Shown here one piece after another: positions 10,639 through 20,630 of a DNA stretch of 64,000 bases. Both the position numbers and the translations under genes were made by a program. The stretch is taken from NCBI GenBank assembly GCA_963827475.1, contig CAWHAZ010000002.1, positions 1-64,000 on the forward strand. The letters are read 5' to 3'. The stretch is from an uncultured Chloroflexia bacterium. GTDB taxonomy: Bacteria > Chloroflexota > Limnocylindria > QHBO01. Below the pieces are notes generated by a model. That model saw nothing but the letters and a program-made list of their open reading frames with translations. It was not told where the DNA came from and did no database searches. The stretch's first letter is position 1, and every line of letters begins with the position of its first letter.

Positions 10639-11229
10639 CTAGCCCCCGAACAGCCCTTCGAGCAGCTGCTGGAAGAACTCGCTGCGGTCGATGTTGGCGA
10701 CGTGGGTGAACCACTCGTCCTGGAGCTTGTAGACGACGATGAGAATCCCGAGCGGCCACCGATACTGGTGCAGGGCGGCGAACCCGACCTCCTGCCAGTT
10801 GGGGTGATGGCGGACCACCCGCTGCCAGGCCAGGATGGTCGCCGTCACCAGGAACAGCGGCTCGAGGAAGTTCGGGAACAGGGCGAGGAACAGCTCCTCC
10901 TCGGTCAGCAGGAAGGCGACCTGGCCGATGGAGCGGAACAGGAACAGCCCGAGCATCAGCCGTCTGATCGGCCACTGGTTGCGGTATCCGACGACGACGA
11001 TCGCCACGTACGTCACCCAGTCGGAGATCTTGTCGACCGGCTGGTAGATGTCGTTCGGCAGGCCTAAGGGGATGAGCAGGTCGCCGTCGATCCCGTCGAG
11101 GGCGAAGTTGGCCCAGCCGGCCGCGAACGGGAAGCGGATGATGAGCAGCGGGAGCGCGAACTTCAGCGCGACGATCAGCACGATCGCGGCCGTTTCGAGC
11201 GGACTGCTACGCATCTCGCGCCACGTCAC
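10639..11229 (-). CDS. Hypothetical membrane protein
   Basis: Hydrophobic ORF with LDGIDGD and YQPVDKISD (DxxD pairs reminiscent of CDP-alcohol phosphotransferases). Confidence 0.7.
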   Translation of the reverse strand: MTWREMRSSPLETAAIVLIVALKFALPLLIIRFPFAAGWANFALDGIDGDLLIPLGLPNDIYQPVDKISDWVTYVAIVVVGYRNQWPIRRLMLGLFLFRSIGQVAFLLTEEELFLALFPNFLEPLFLVTATILAWQRVVRHHPNWQEVGFAALHQYRWPLGILIVVYKLQDEWFTHVANIDRSEFFQQLLEGLFGG

Positions 11230-11254
11230 CAGTGTGAGGCCTGGCCACGAGGGA

Positions 11255-11330
11255 TGGCGTGCCCGAGAGGACTCGAACCTCCGACCTTTAGGTCCGCAAC
11301 CTAACGCTCTATCCGCTGAGCTACGGGCAC
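11255..11330 (-). tRNA. tRNA-Arg(GCG)
   Basis: Anticodon arm TTAGG-TTGCGGA-CCTAA; A20 in D-loop (Arg identity element), G73, CCA. Confidence 0.93.
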
Positions 11331-11341
11331 CCGAGACGATC

Positions 11342-11433
11342 TGGCGGAGAGGGAGGGATTCGAACCCTCGGAAGAGGAAACCCCCTTCAACGGTTTAGCA
11401 AACCGCCGCACTAGGCCACTATGCGACCTCTCC
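11342..11433 (-). tRNA. tRNA-Ser(GCT)
   Basis: Anticodon arm GCGGT-TTGCTAA-ACCGT, long variable arm, CCA. Confidence 0.96.
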
Positions 11434-11544
11434 GGAAGCGGCGCCGATGATAGCATCTGCCCCTCTGGAACCGGCCCTCCCCGGCTGGCCCGACACGCCC
11501 CGCAGACGGCCGCCGGAAAGAGCATCCGAACGAGAAACCGACCT

Positions 11545-12421
11545 GTGACGCGCCTACTCATCATCGGCTCACCCGTTGTCCCTGGACCCGCCGAAGCGGT
11601 CCAGCGGGCCGCATTGAAGGCTGCCGGTCGACCAGATCGAGATCGAGCGCTGGGAACGCCGCGCCCACCAGCTCAGCGCGTCCCTGGGCGAGGTCGTCAA
11701 CCCCGATGTGGTGGGGGCGATGATCGGCTCGCCGCACAAGGAGAAGGCCGCCTCGCTCATCGGCATGCTCGCCGACGAGGCCCGCGCCAGCGGTGCGGTC
11801 AACACCGTGGTGAACCGCGATGGCCGCCTGCACGGGTACAACACCGATGTGGCCGGCGTGCGCGCCGGCCTGGAATCGGTCCTGCCCGAGAGCGCGTCCC
11901 GGTGGCCGGCCCAGGCGCTGGTGCTGGGGGCCGGCGGTGGAGCGCGAGCGGTCGTATCGGTCCTGCTGGAAGCCGGGGTGGGGCGGATCGCCGTCTTCAA
12001 CCGTCACCTCCACCGGGCCGAGGCGGTCGTTGCCCACTTCGACCGGGCCGCTCGGCAGTCCGACCTTCGAGCCCTGCCATGGCACGAGACGATCATCGAG
12101 GCCGAGCTCTCGAAGGCGCGGCTGCTGGTCAACGCGTCGGGGGTCGGGGCCGAGAGCGAGGAGAGCCCGATTCCGGCAGACCTGCTGCCCGACGACCTGA
12201 TCGTCCTCGACCTGGTCCTGAACCGGGCCGAAACGCCGCTCATGCGAGAGGTCGCTGCCCGGGACGGGACGGTGGCCAACGGTCAGGGCTCGTTCCTCGT
12301 GGCGCAGGCCGCAGCCTTCACCCTGTGGACCGGCGCGGAGGCGCCCACTGAGGTCATGCGCGCGGCGCTGGCCGCCCACCTGGGACTGCCGGAGGAGGGG
12401 CTCGCTGTCGTCGGCGACTGA
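11545..12421 (+). CDS. Shikimate dehydrogenase-like protein, divergent substrate site (frameshift near 11630)
   Basis: PHK, GAVNTV, GYNTD, GAGGGARA, FNR motifs. Confidence 0.8.
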
Positions 12422-12442
12422 GCCGCACCGGCGGGGCGGATC

Positions 12443-13030
12443 GTGATGTTCTACACGTCGGGCTGGGTCCATGTCATCTGCGGCTGCATGTTCTGCGGCA
12501 AGACCGACGAGATGCTGCGCCTGCTGCGCCGCTTCGCCATTGCCGGGCGCCAGGTGGTGCTGGTCAAGCCGCGGGTCGACACGCGGACGGCGGAGGAATC
12601 GGTCGTCTCCCGTTCCGGTGCCCAGCACCGCGCGGTGACGGTGGAGGGATCGGCGGATATCGAGGGCGTCGTCGGGATGGCCGATATCGTGGCGATCGAG
12701 GAAGGTCAGTTCTGGGACGCTGATCTGCCCGCGGTCGTCGAGCGACTGGCGGAGGGAGGCAAGCAGGTGCTCGTCACCGGGCTCGACCAGGACTTCCGCG
12801 GGGTTCCGTTCGGACCGATGCCCGCGCTCATGGCGCTCGCCGACCAGGTCACCAAGCTGACGGCCATCTGCATGGTCTGCGGCGAGCCGGCGACCCGGAC
12901 CCAGCGGCTGATCGACGGTCAGCCGGCCCCGGCGGATTCGGCCCTGATCATGGTCGGCGGGATGGGAGACGAGAAGTACGAGGCGCGCTGCCGCCTGCAC
13001 CACGAGGTTCCGGTCGCCGCGTCGGTCTAG
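12443..13030 (+). CDS. tdk: Thymidine kinase
   Basis: GCMFCGKT, IEEGQF, GLDQDFRG, CxxC and YEARCRLH. Confidence 0.95.
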   Translation: MMFYTSGWVHVICGCMFCGKTDEMLRLLRRFAIAGRQVVLVKPRVDTRTAEESVVSRSGAQHRAVTVEGSADIEGVVGMADIVAIEEGQFWDADLPAVVERLAEGGKQVLVTGLDQDFRGVPFGPMPALMALADQVTKLTAICMVCGEPATRTQRLIDGQPAPADSALIMVGGMGDEKYEARCRLHHEVPVAASV

Positions 13031-13037
13031 CGTCGCG

Positions 13038-13125
13038 TGGCGGAGGGGGTGGGATTCGAACCCACGGAAGCTTGCGCTTCAACGGTTTTCAAGACCGCCG
13101 CATTCGTCCGCTCTGCCACCCCTCC
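13038..13125 (-). tRNA. tRNA-Ser(TGA)
   Basis: Anticodon arm GCGGT-CTTGAAA-ACCGT, long variable arm, CCA. Confidence 0.96.
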
Positions 13126-13133
13126 GGCGCGGA

Positions 13134-14409
13134 TTATCCGCCGATCGCGTCGGCTCCGAAGTGCGGCCGGAGGGCCTCTGGGAGGCGGATCGAGCCGTCG
13201 GGCTGGAGGTGGGTCTCGAGCAGGGCGGCGACGGTGCGGGCCAGGGCGACACCGGAGCCGTTCAGGGTGTGGACCAGCTCCGGCTTGGCGTCGGCGGCTG
13301 ATCGGTACCTGACGTTCATGCGCCGGGCCTGGAAGTCGGTGTAGTTCGAGCACGAGCTGATCTCCAGCCAACGCCCGACGCCGGGGGCCCAGCCCTCGAT
13401 GTCGTAGCCGCGCGCCTGGGAGAAGCCGACGTCACCGGTGCAGCGCTCCACGGTCCGATACGGGAGCTCGAGGGCCTGGAGGACGGACTCCGCGTCGGCG
13501 GTCAATGTCTCGAGCTCGGCGTCCGACGTCTCGGGGGCGACGAACTTCACGAGCTCGACCTTGTCGAACTGGTGGACGCGGAGCAGCCCGCGGGTGTCCT
13601 TGCCGGCGGCCCCCGCCTCGCGCCGGAAGCACGGCGTGTACGCGGCGTACCGGATCGGTAAGGCGTCGGCTGCCAGGATCTCGTCGCGGTGGATGTTCGT
13701 GACCGGAACCTCCGCCGTGGGGGCCAGGTACAGGCCGTCGCTCTCGACGACGTACATCTGGCCCTCCTTGTCCGGCAGCTGCCCGGTGCCCCGCGCCGAG
13801 TCGGCGTTGACCAGGACCGGCGGCCAGACCTCGGCGTAGCCGCGCTCGGTCGCCATGTCCAGGAACAGACCGATGAGCGCGCGCTGCAGGCGCGCGCCGG
13901 CCCCGGTGTACAGGACGAAGCCGGAGCCGGCGATCTTCGCCCCGCGCTCGAGATCGAACAGGCCGAGCCGGGCTCCGATCTCCCAGTGCGGCGGTCGATC
14001 GTCGGCGGGGCGTGGCTCGCCCCAGGACCGGACCACGGGGTTGTCCTCCGGCCCGGCGCCGTCCGGCACCTCGTCGCGGGGCGGGTTCGGGACGAGCAGC
14101 AGGTCAGCCTCGATCGCCGCCTCGACGAACGCGAGCTGGGAGTCCAGCGCCGCGATCTCGTCACCGATCGAGGAGAGGGATGCCTTTCGGGCTTCCGCCT
14201 CGTCGGTCCGGCCGGCTCGGATGAACTCCCCGACCTCGCGGCTGCCCTCGTTCCGCTGGTGCTTCGCGGCGTCGGCGGCGGCGAGGAGCTCACGGCGACG
14301 GCCGTCGGCCTCCAGCAGGCGGTCGATGACCGCCGGGCTCCTCCCCCTTGCGGGCGATGGCCCGCTTGATGCGGTCGGGGTCGTCGCGGATGGCCTGGAT
14401 CGAGATCAC
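13134..14409 (-). CDS. serS: Serine--tRNA ligase (frameshifts in 5' part)
   Basis: GTGQLP, PTAEVP, FRREAG, RVHQFDKVE, EISSCSN, HTLNGSG; N-terminus MISIQAIRDDPD in another frame. Confidence 0.95.
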
Positions 14410-14422
14410 GCCGGTTGTCTCG

Positions 14423-16039
14423 TCACGCTTCTCCTGCCGCGCGGAGCCGTTCGACCACGAATCCGCGGTCCAGCGACGCGAGCAGCCAGCCGGCCCGTGG
14501 ACCAGACGACCGCCCGAGGAACGCAGCGTACAGGGCGGCGAAGCCTGCCCCGGCCCCAAGGCCGCTCTCCTTGGCCGTGGTGAAGACGGCCGACTGGAGC
14601 GCCTCGCCGGCCCACTCGGCAGCAGGAAGCGCGTCGACGGCGCCGGCCAGTGCCGCGAGGAACCCGCGCTGCTCCGCCGCCAGGTCCCGCACGGCGGCGG
14701 GCACGGACTCGCGGTGGACCTCGATCCGAGCCTCGGGCGGTGCGTAGGCATCGAGCCAGGTGCGGACCGCGCGGGTTCGCGCTTCCAGGATGGCCAGCTC
14801 TCGTTCGTCCAGGGGAGAGCCCTTCTCGGCGGCGACCCGCTCAGGCAGGTCGGCGCCCGGCAGCTGGGCGAGGAGCGCGAGGTGGGCGAAGGCGGGCCGG
14901 TAGGCGGCGGCCTCGGTCGCGACGTCGGCCGCGGGATCGACCAGGGAGGCGGCGAAGATGCGTGTGGCGTCGGCGGGCAGCTCCCCGCGGACCAGGCGCC
15001 CGGCCGTGGCTGCCGCCAGGCGGTCGAACTCGTCGACCTGGCGCGGGATGGCATCGGTCTGGTCCGGGTCGAAGTCGAACGCCACGTTGGGGCGGTGGCG
15101 AACGAAGAGCAGCCGCAGCTCGTCCGGCGGCATGACCGCGGCGATCTCGTGGGCCGGCACGCCCCGGCCGCGCGAGGTGCTCATCTTCCGACCGCCGACG
15201 TTGATGAACTCGTGCGGGACGTTCAGCGGCGGCTCGCGACCGAAGACCTGGCGCGCGATCGCATCGGAGCGGTCGCGGGACCCGCCGGCCGTGGCGAGGT
15301 CCTTGCCGCAGCCCTCGATCGTGATCCCGAACAGGGACCACTTCGCCGCCCAGTCGACGTTGAACGGCAACTTGGCCGCCCCGCCGAACGGCGAGAGTCT
15401 TCCCGACGTCCCGCAGCCGGCAGCCCAGGTCACCAGGTCCGGCCGGCACTCGAACGCCACCGTCTCCCCGTCCCAGTCGGTGGCGATCGTGGTTCCGACC
15501 CGCCCGCAGGTGGTGCAGATCACGGACAGCGGCAGCCAGCCGGGCTCCTTGTCGACGCGGCTCACCACGCGGTAGATGGTTCGGATCGTTTCGCCCTCGT
15601 CGAGGGCGGCGCGGATGTATCGGTCCATGTCGCCGGCGGCGTAGACCTCGCTCATCCAGTAGATCTGCGGGTGGAGCCCGAGCGGCTCGAATGTGCCGAG
15701 GAACAGCTCACCGACGAAGTGGCGGGCATAGCTCGGAGCGTCCGATCCGGGCGGGGCCGGGACGTGAGCCAGCGGCACGCCCATGTATCGGTCCACCGCG
15801 TCCGGGGTGAGCAGGGCCTGGGAGTCCATCGGGTCGAGGTCGTCGACCCCGTAGCGGAAGGTCGCCTCGTGGCCGGCTCGAAGGAGCGCGCGATAGATCT
15901 CGTCGGAGATGACCGGGCCGCGGAGGCTCCCGACGTGGACCGTGCCCGACGGGGTCTTCGAGTCGTTGATGACCTGGGGCGCGCCGGAACCCTCGGCCAG
16001 CTCAGCCGCTCTGGCCGCGATCTCGTCGGCCCAGAACAC
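14423..16039 (-). CDS. lysS: Class I lysine--tRNA ligase
   Basis: MFWAD, TPSGTVHVGSLR (HIGH), EGCGKDL, KMSTSRG, GPRAGW. Confidence 0.92.
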   Translation of the reverse strand: MFWADEIAARAAELAEGSGAPQVINDSKTPSGTVHVGSLRGPVISDEIYRALLRAGHEATFRYGVDDLDPMDSQALLTPDAVDRYMGVPLAHVPAPPGSDAPSYARHFVGELFLGTFEPLGLHPQIYWMSEVYAAGDMDRYIRAALDEGETIRTIYRVVSRVDKEPGWLPLSVICTTCGRVGTTIATDWDGETVAFECRPDLVTWAAGCGTSGRLSPFGGAAKLPFNVDWAAKWSLFGITIEGCGKDLATAGGSRDRSDAIARQVFGREPPLNVPHEFINVGGRKMSTSRGRGVPAHEIAAVMPPDELRLLFVRHRPNVAFDFDPDQTDAIPRQVDEFDRLAAATAGRLVRGELPADATRIFAASLVDPAADVATEAAAYRPAFAHLALLAQLPGADLPERVAAEKGSPLDERELAILEARTRAVRTWLDAYAPPEARIEVHRESVPAAVRDLAAEQRGFLAALAGAVDALPAAEWAGEALQSAVFTTAKESGLGAGAGFAALYAAFLGRSSGPRAGWLLASLDRGFVVERLRAAGEA

Positions 16040-16050
16040 GGCGGCGAGCG

Positions 16051-16512
16051 TTACTTGATGCTGACCAGCGTGTAGGTCACCGGGCCGGCGGGGGCGTTGA
16101 CGGTGACCTCTTCCCCCTTCTTGTGGCCCATCAGCGCCGACCCGACCGGGGACTCGTTGCTGATCCGGCCCTCGCGGGGAGCGGCTTCGGCCGAGCCCAC
16201 GATCGTGAACGTCTCCTTGCCGTCCGGCCCGGAGATGACGACCGTCGAGCCGATCCGGACCTTGTCCCCGTTCTGGTGCTCGATGACCTCCGCGTTCTTC
16301 AGCTGGGCCTCGATGGTCGCGATCCGTCCCTCCAGGAACGACTGCTCCTGCTTCGCGTCCTCGTACTCGGCGTTCTCGGTGATGTCACCGTCCAGCTTGG
16401 CGTCGTGGATGCGCGCGGCGACCCGCGGCCGCTCCTCGGTGATGAGGTGCTTCAGCTCGACCTGCAGGCGCTCCACGCCCTCGGGAGTCAGGTACACCGG
16501 CTTGTTGTTCAT
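16051..16512 (-). CDS. greA: Transcription elongation factor GreA
   Basis: LTPEG, GDITENAEYEDAK, ISNESPVGSAL. Confidence 0.96.
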   Translation of the reverse strand: MNNKPVYLTPEGVERLQVELKHLITEERPRVAARIHDAKLDGDITENAEYEDAKQEQSFLEGRIATIEAQLKNAEVIEHQNGDKVRIGSTVVISGPDGKETFTIVGSAEAAPREGRISNESPVGSALMGHKKGEEVTVNAPAGPVTYTLVSIK

Positions 16513-16534
16513 GGACTGTCGTTGCGTCCCCGAT

Positions 16535-16576
16535 AACAAAAAAGCCCCAGCTCCCGCGGTCCCGGGATGCTGGCTT
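16535..16576 (-). terminator. Intrinsic terminator in greA 5' leader (putative attenuator)
   Basis: CCAGCATCCCG/CGGGAGCTGG stem followed by GGCTTTTTTGTT, between promoter and start codon. Confidence 0.65.
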
Positions 16577-16593
16577 CGTGCTGGCGTCGGCGG

Positions 16594-16622
16594 ATTGTAG
16601 GCTCGGGCCGGGTCAGTGTCAA
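16594..16622 (-). promoter_or_regulatory. Sigma70-type promoter of greA
   Basis: TTGACA-17 nt-TACAAT. Confidence 0.8.
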
Positions 16623-16649
16623 AAACAGACCGCGCCCCGGCCGGGCGTG

Positions 16650-17495
16650 TCAGTGACCGAGGGCGAGGAGAACGACGACCAGCGCGGCGAGCAGGACGCG
16701 CTCGAGGCTGAAGACGGCCATCGACCGGGTCCGGAGCCAGCGCAGGAGAAAGCCGATGGCCAGGGCGCCGGACACCGCCGCGGCCACGAACCCCGCGGCG
16801 ATCGCGACCCACTCGGTGGAGGTGTGGCTGGCGGTGAGGAGGTGGCGCGAGCCGTAGAGCCCGGCCCCGAGGGTGATCGGCGTCGCGAGCAGGAAGCTGA
16901 AGCGCGCCGCGGTCTCGCGGGTCAGGCCGAACGCCAGCCCGGTGGACATCGTGGCGCCCGACCGGCTGATGCCGGGCAGCAGGGCGGCGGCCTGTGACAG
17001 GCCGATGGTCAGGGCCCGTCCGGCACCGACATGGTCGAGGTCCCGCTGCCGCGATCCGAATCGGTCGGCGACGAACAGGACCGCGGCCCCGATCACCAGG
17101 AACCCGCAGATCGCGAGTCGGGACATGTCGTCATCGCCGTGGAAGGCCGCCTCGATGGCGTCCTCGAAGGCGAACCCGATGAGGGCCGCCGGGATGGACG
17201 CCAGGACGAGGAGCCAGCCCAGCGTCCGGTCGCGGTCATCGCCGATGCCTCGCTCCACGATGGAGCGCCACATCGCCCGCAGGAGGCGGAGCCAGTCCCG
17301 CCAGACGTTGACCAGGAGGGCGATCAGCGTCCCGAGGTGGAGGAAGACGTTGAACGAGAGGCTGCCGATGAGCGCGTCCTGCTCCCAGCCGAGGATCCAG
17401 GGGACGAGCTCCAGATGGGCCGATGAGCTGACCGGGATGAACTCGGTCAGCCCCTGGACGAGGCCCATGACGATGGCCTGGAAGATCTCCTCCAC
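16650..17495 (-). CDS. uppP: Undecaprenyl-diphosphate phosphatase
   Basis: QGLTEFIPVSSSAH, PGISRSG, AARFSFLLATP. Confidence 0.95.
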   Translation of the reverse strand: MEEIFQAIVMGLVQGLTEFIPVSSSAHLELVPWILGWEQDALIGSLSFNVFLHLGTLIALLVNVWRDWLRLLRAMWRSIVERGIGDDRDRTLGWLLVLASIPAALIGFAFEDAIEAAFHGDDDMSRLAICGFLVIGAAVLFVADRFGSRQRDLDHVGAGRALTIGLSQAAALLPGISRSGATMSTGLAFGLTRETAARFSFLLATPITLGAGLYGSRHLLTASHTSTEWVAIAAGFVAAAVSGALAIGFLLRWLRTRSMAVFSLERVLLAALVVVLLALGH

Positions 17496-17510
17496 CGGGC
17501 CGCTCCGCGG

Positions 17511-19712
17511 CTACCGAATGAACAGCGGGGCGAGGACGAGGGTGATGGTGGCGAGGAGCTTGACGAGGACGTGGAGCGACGGGCCGGCCGTGTCCTTGAA
17601 CGGGTCGCCGACCGTGTCACCGACCACCGCCGCGGCGTGGGCCGGCGACTTCTTGCCGATCACGTTGCCGTCGTCATCGAGCAGGTGGCCGGACTCGATG
17701 TACTTCTTCGCGTTGTCCCACGCCCCACCGCCGTTGTTCAGGACGGTGGCCAGCATGACGCCCACGATGGTCCCGACCATGAGCATGCCGGCGACCGCCT
17801 GGTGGCCAAGGAGGAGCCCGACCAGGATCGGGGTGGCCACGGCGACCATGCCGGGCAGGATCATCTGCCGCAGCGCCGCGGCGGTGGTGATGTCCACCAC
17901 CCGCGCGTAGTCGGGTCGCTGGGTGTAGTCCATGATCCCCGGCATCTCGCGGAACTGGCGGCGCACCTCGACGATGATCGACTGGGCGGTCGTGCCCACC
18001 GCCCGGATGGCCAGCGAGCTGAAGAAGAACATGAGCATCGCGCCGATGAGGGCGGCGATGAACACGCTGACCTCGGCCAGGTCGACCGATTCCATCGGCG
18101 GCCGGCCCTGGCGGGCGAAGATGAGGTTCACCTTGTCGATGTAGGCGCTGAACAGGAGGAACGCGGCCAGCGACGCGCTGGCGATGGCGTAGCCCTTGGT
18201 CAGGGCCTTGGTCGTGTTCCCCACCGCGTCGAGCCGATCGGTGATCTCGCGGGCGCCGCCCTCGGCCTTGGCGAACTCGGCGATGCCGCCGGCGTTGTCG
18301 GTGATCGGTCCGAAGGTGTCCATGGCCAGGATGTAGGCCGTGGTCATGAGCATGCCCATGGTCGCCACCGCGGTCCCGAAGATGCCGCCCACGTCGTGAC
18401 CGGCCTCGTTGACGAGTCCCGTCTGGGAACCGAGCCAGTGGCTGGCGAAGAGCGCGATACCGATCGTGATCGCGGTGACCGCCGTCGTCTCGAAGCCCAC
18501 GGCGGTGCCACTGATGATGTTGGTCGCCGGGCCGGTCTTGCTGGCCTCGGCAATCTCGCGCACCGGGCGCCACGCGCCTGAGGTGTAGTACTGGGTGATG
18601 TACACGAACGCGACGCTGGTGGCCAGGCCCACAACGCCGGCGAAGAAGAACCAGACCCAGACAGGGATCCCGTACGCACCTGGCTCGCCACCGGTATTCA
18701 TCATCACGTTGGTGACGAAAGCCAGCGCGACGACCGACAGAGCGGTCGTCACCCAGTAGCCGCGGTTCAGCATGCTCATCGGGTCGTCGGTCTCTTTGCC
18801 GCGGACGAAGAAGATGGCGATGATCGTCGCGAACAGGCCGAAGGCGCGGATCACGAGCGGGAAGAAGATCCACGCCTCGGGGTTCGGCCAGCCGGCGCCC
18901 AGGGCGATGACGTAGACCCCGACGCCCAGGATCATGGCGCCGATGTTCTCCGCCGCGGTGGACTCGAACAGGTCGGCGCCACGGCCGGCGCAGTCCCCGA
19001 CGTTGTCGCCAACGAGGTCGGCGATCACCGCGGCGTTACGCGGATCGTCCTCGGGGATGCCGGCTTCGATCTTGCCCACCAGGTCCGAGCCGACATCGGC
19101 GGCCTTGGTGTAGATCCCGCCGCCGAGCTGGGCGAAGAGGGCGACGAAGCTGGCGCCGAATCCGAAGCCGACGATCAGGAACGGGGCGATGGCCGGGTTC
19201 GTGAACCCGCCGTACGCCACGAAGATGCCCCACACCCCGAGCAGCGACAGGGCCACGACCAGGAAGCCGGAAACCGCGCCGCCGCGCATGGCGACCTGGA
19301 CCGCCTCCACCAGGCTGTGCTGCGCGGCCGCCGCGGTGCGGAGGTTCGACTTGACCGAGATGTACATCCCGATCACGCCCGAGGCCATGGAGCACAGCGC
19401 GCCGACGAAGAACGCCACCGCGGTCATCACGCCCAGCTGGATGCCGAACACGTCGGTGTCCGCCACCTCCTGGGTCTCCACCAGGCCGATGACGACGCCG
19501 ATGATCAGGGCCCCCACCACCGCCAACGCCAGGATGGTCGTGTACTGCCGTCGAATGAAGGCCACCGCGCCCTCGAGGATGGTGCCGGCGACGTCCTGCA
19601 TGGCAACGGTCCCGGTGTCGCGGCTGAGGACGTCGCGGGCGAGATAGATGGCGAACAGGACGGCCGCCAGGCCGGCAACCGGGATCACCCAGGTGATGGG
19701 CTGGATCTCCAT
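17511..19712 (-). CDS. hppA: Membrane pyrophosphatase, K+-independent H+-pump type
   Basis: DVGSDLVGKIE, DNVGD, GNTTKA (Lys typical of K+-independent class), GDTVGDPFKD. Confidence 0.93.
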   Translation of the reverse strand: MEIQPITWVIPVAGLAAVLFAIYLARDVLSRDTGTVAMQDVAGTILEGAVAFIRRQYTTILALAVVGALIIGVVIGLVETQEVADTDVFGIQLGVMTAVAFFVGALCSMASGVIGMYISVKSNLRTAAAAQHSLVEAVQVAMRGGAVSGFLVVALSLLGVWGIFVAYGGFTNPAIAPFLIVGFGFGASFVALFAQLGGGIYTKAADVGSDLVGKIEAGIPEDDPRNAAVIADLVGDNVGDCAGRGADLFESTAAENIGAMILGVGVYVIALGAGWPNPEAWIFFPLVIRAFGLFATIIAIFFVRGKETDDPMSMLNRGYWVTTALSVVALAFVTNVMMNTGGEPGAYGIPVWVWFFFAGVVGLATSVAFVYITQYYTSGAWRPVREIAEASKTGPATNIISGTAVGFETTAVTAITIGIALFASHWLGSQTGLVNEAGHDVGGIFGTAVATMGMLMTTAYILAMDTFGPITDNAGGIAEFAKAEGGAREITDRLDAVGNTTKALTKGYAIASASLAAFLLFSAYIDKVNLIFARQGRPPMESVDLAEVSVFIAALIGAMLMFFFSSLAIRAVGTTAQSIIVEVRRQFREMPGIMDYTQRPDYARVVDITTAAALRQMILPGMVAVATPILVGLLLGHQAVAGMLMVGTIVGVMLATVLNNGGGAWDNAKKYIESGHLLDDDGNVIGKKSPAHAAAVVGDTVGDPFKDTAGPSLHVLVKLLATITLVLAPLFIR

Positions 19713-19880
19713 GCAACCTCCGAGGGGAACGTGGGCGAGCGCGCCGAGGGCGCCGATTCAGGGGGACACACACGAATCGCCGGCGGGACGCCCATCTCGG
19801 GTTCCGCCAGCGAGGCCGCGCCATGGTAGCGCGGGGCCGCGAGCAGGGTCAACCGCGCGAGCGATCCGGGGTTCCGGGTT

Positions 19881-20630
19881 ATGCTTCCGCCCGTTTTGAC
19901 CTACGTGCAGCCAGCCGCGGAACCCACCGCCGGTGACCGTTCTGCGGCGCGGCGCGGCGCGGGCTGCCTGCTCGAGATCGTCGAGACGATCGTCCTCACC
20001 CTCGTCATCTACCTGCTGATCCACAACTTCGTGGCGCAGCCGTTCGAAGTCGAGCAGAACTCGATGGTTTCCACCATCGTGGAGCACGACTACGTCCTCA
20101 TCGACAAGCTCACGCCGCGCTGGAACGACTACCAGCGCGGCGACATCGTCGTCTTCCAGCCTCCGGAGGCCTACGGGCAGGGCGGCGTGCCCTTCATCAA
20201 GCGGGTCATCGGTCTGCCCGGCGAGACCGTTCGCCTGGAGAACGGGTCGGTGTTCGTCACCCAGCCCGGCGGGGTGGAGGTGCGCGTCACCGAGCCGTAC
20301 GTGGTGACCGGGACCGACGGGCGCCCGGCGCCGACCCTGCCGCGCGACGCGCAGGGCACATCGGAGTGGGTCGTCCCCGACGGGCACTACTTCGTGATGG
20401 GCGACAACCGGCCGGAGAGCCAGGACTCCCGCTTCTTCGGACCGATCGACCGCGAGCTCATCGTCGGTCGGGCCTTCGTCCGCTATTTCCCGCTCGACCG
20501 GATCACGCTGTTCGAGGTGCCGGACTACCCCGGCCTGGACGAGGCGATCCGGGACCGATGGTGGGGCGGGTGGCCTCAGCCGGTGGGCGGCTCCTCGGCC
20601 ACGATCCAGGTGTCGGCCGCGCGTTCGTAG
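19881..20630 (+). CDS. lepB: Signal peptidase I (ends approximate)
   Basis: TM then SM, FIKRVIGLPGE, GDNRPESQDSR. Confidence 0.92.
   Translation: MLPPVLTYVQPAAEPTAGDRSAARRGAGCLLEIVETIVLTLVIYLLIHNFVAQPFEVEQNSMVSTIVEHDYVLIDKLTPRWNDYQRGDIVVFQPPEAYGQGGVPFIKRVIGLPGETVRLENGSVFVTQPGGVEVRVTEPYVVTGTDGRPAPTLPRDAQGTSEWVVPDGHYFVMGDNRPESQDSRFFGPIDRELIVGRAFVRYFPLDRITLFEVPDYPGLDEAIRDRWWGGWPQPVGGSSATIQVSAARS

Noticed and set aside
13038-13125. TGA-anticodon tRNA as selenocysteine or suppressor tRNA
   Set aside because: Anticodon TGA reads UCA (Ser); tRNA-Sec would have TCA and a longer acceptor stem.
20576-20630. Convergent lepB/ndk overlap as a regulatory feature
   Set aside because: Short 3' overlaps are common in GC-rich genomes, and the lepB tail may be extended by an indel.
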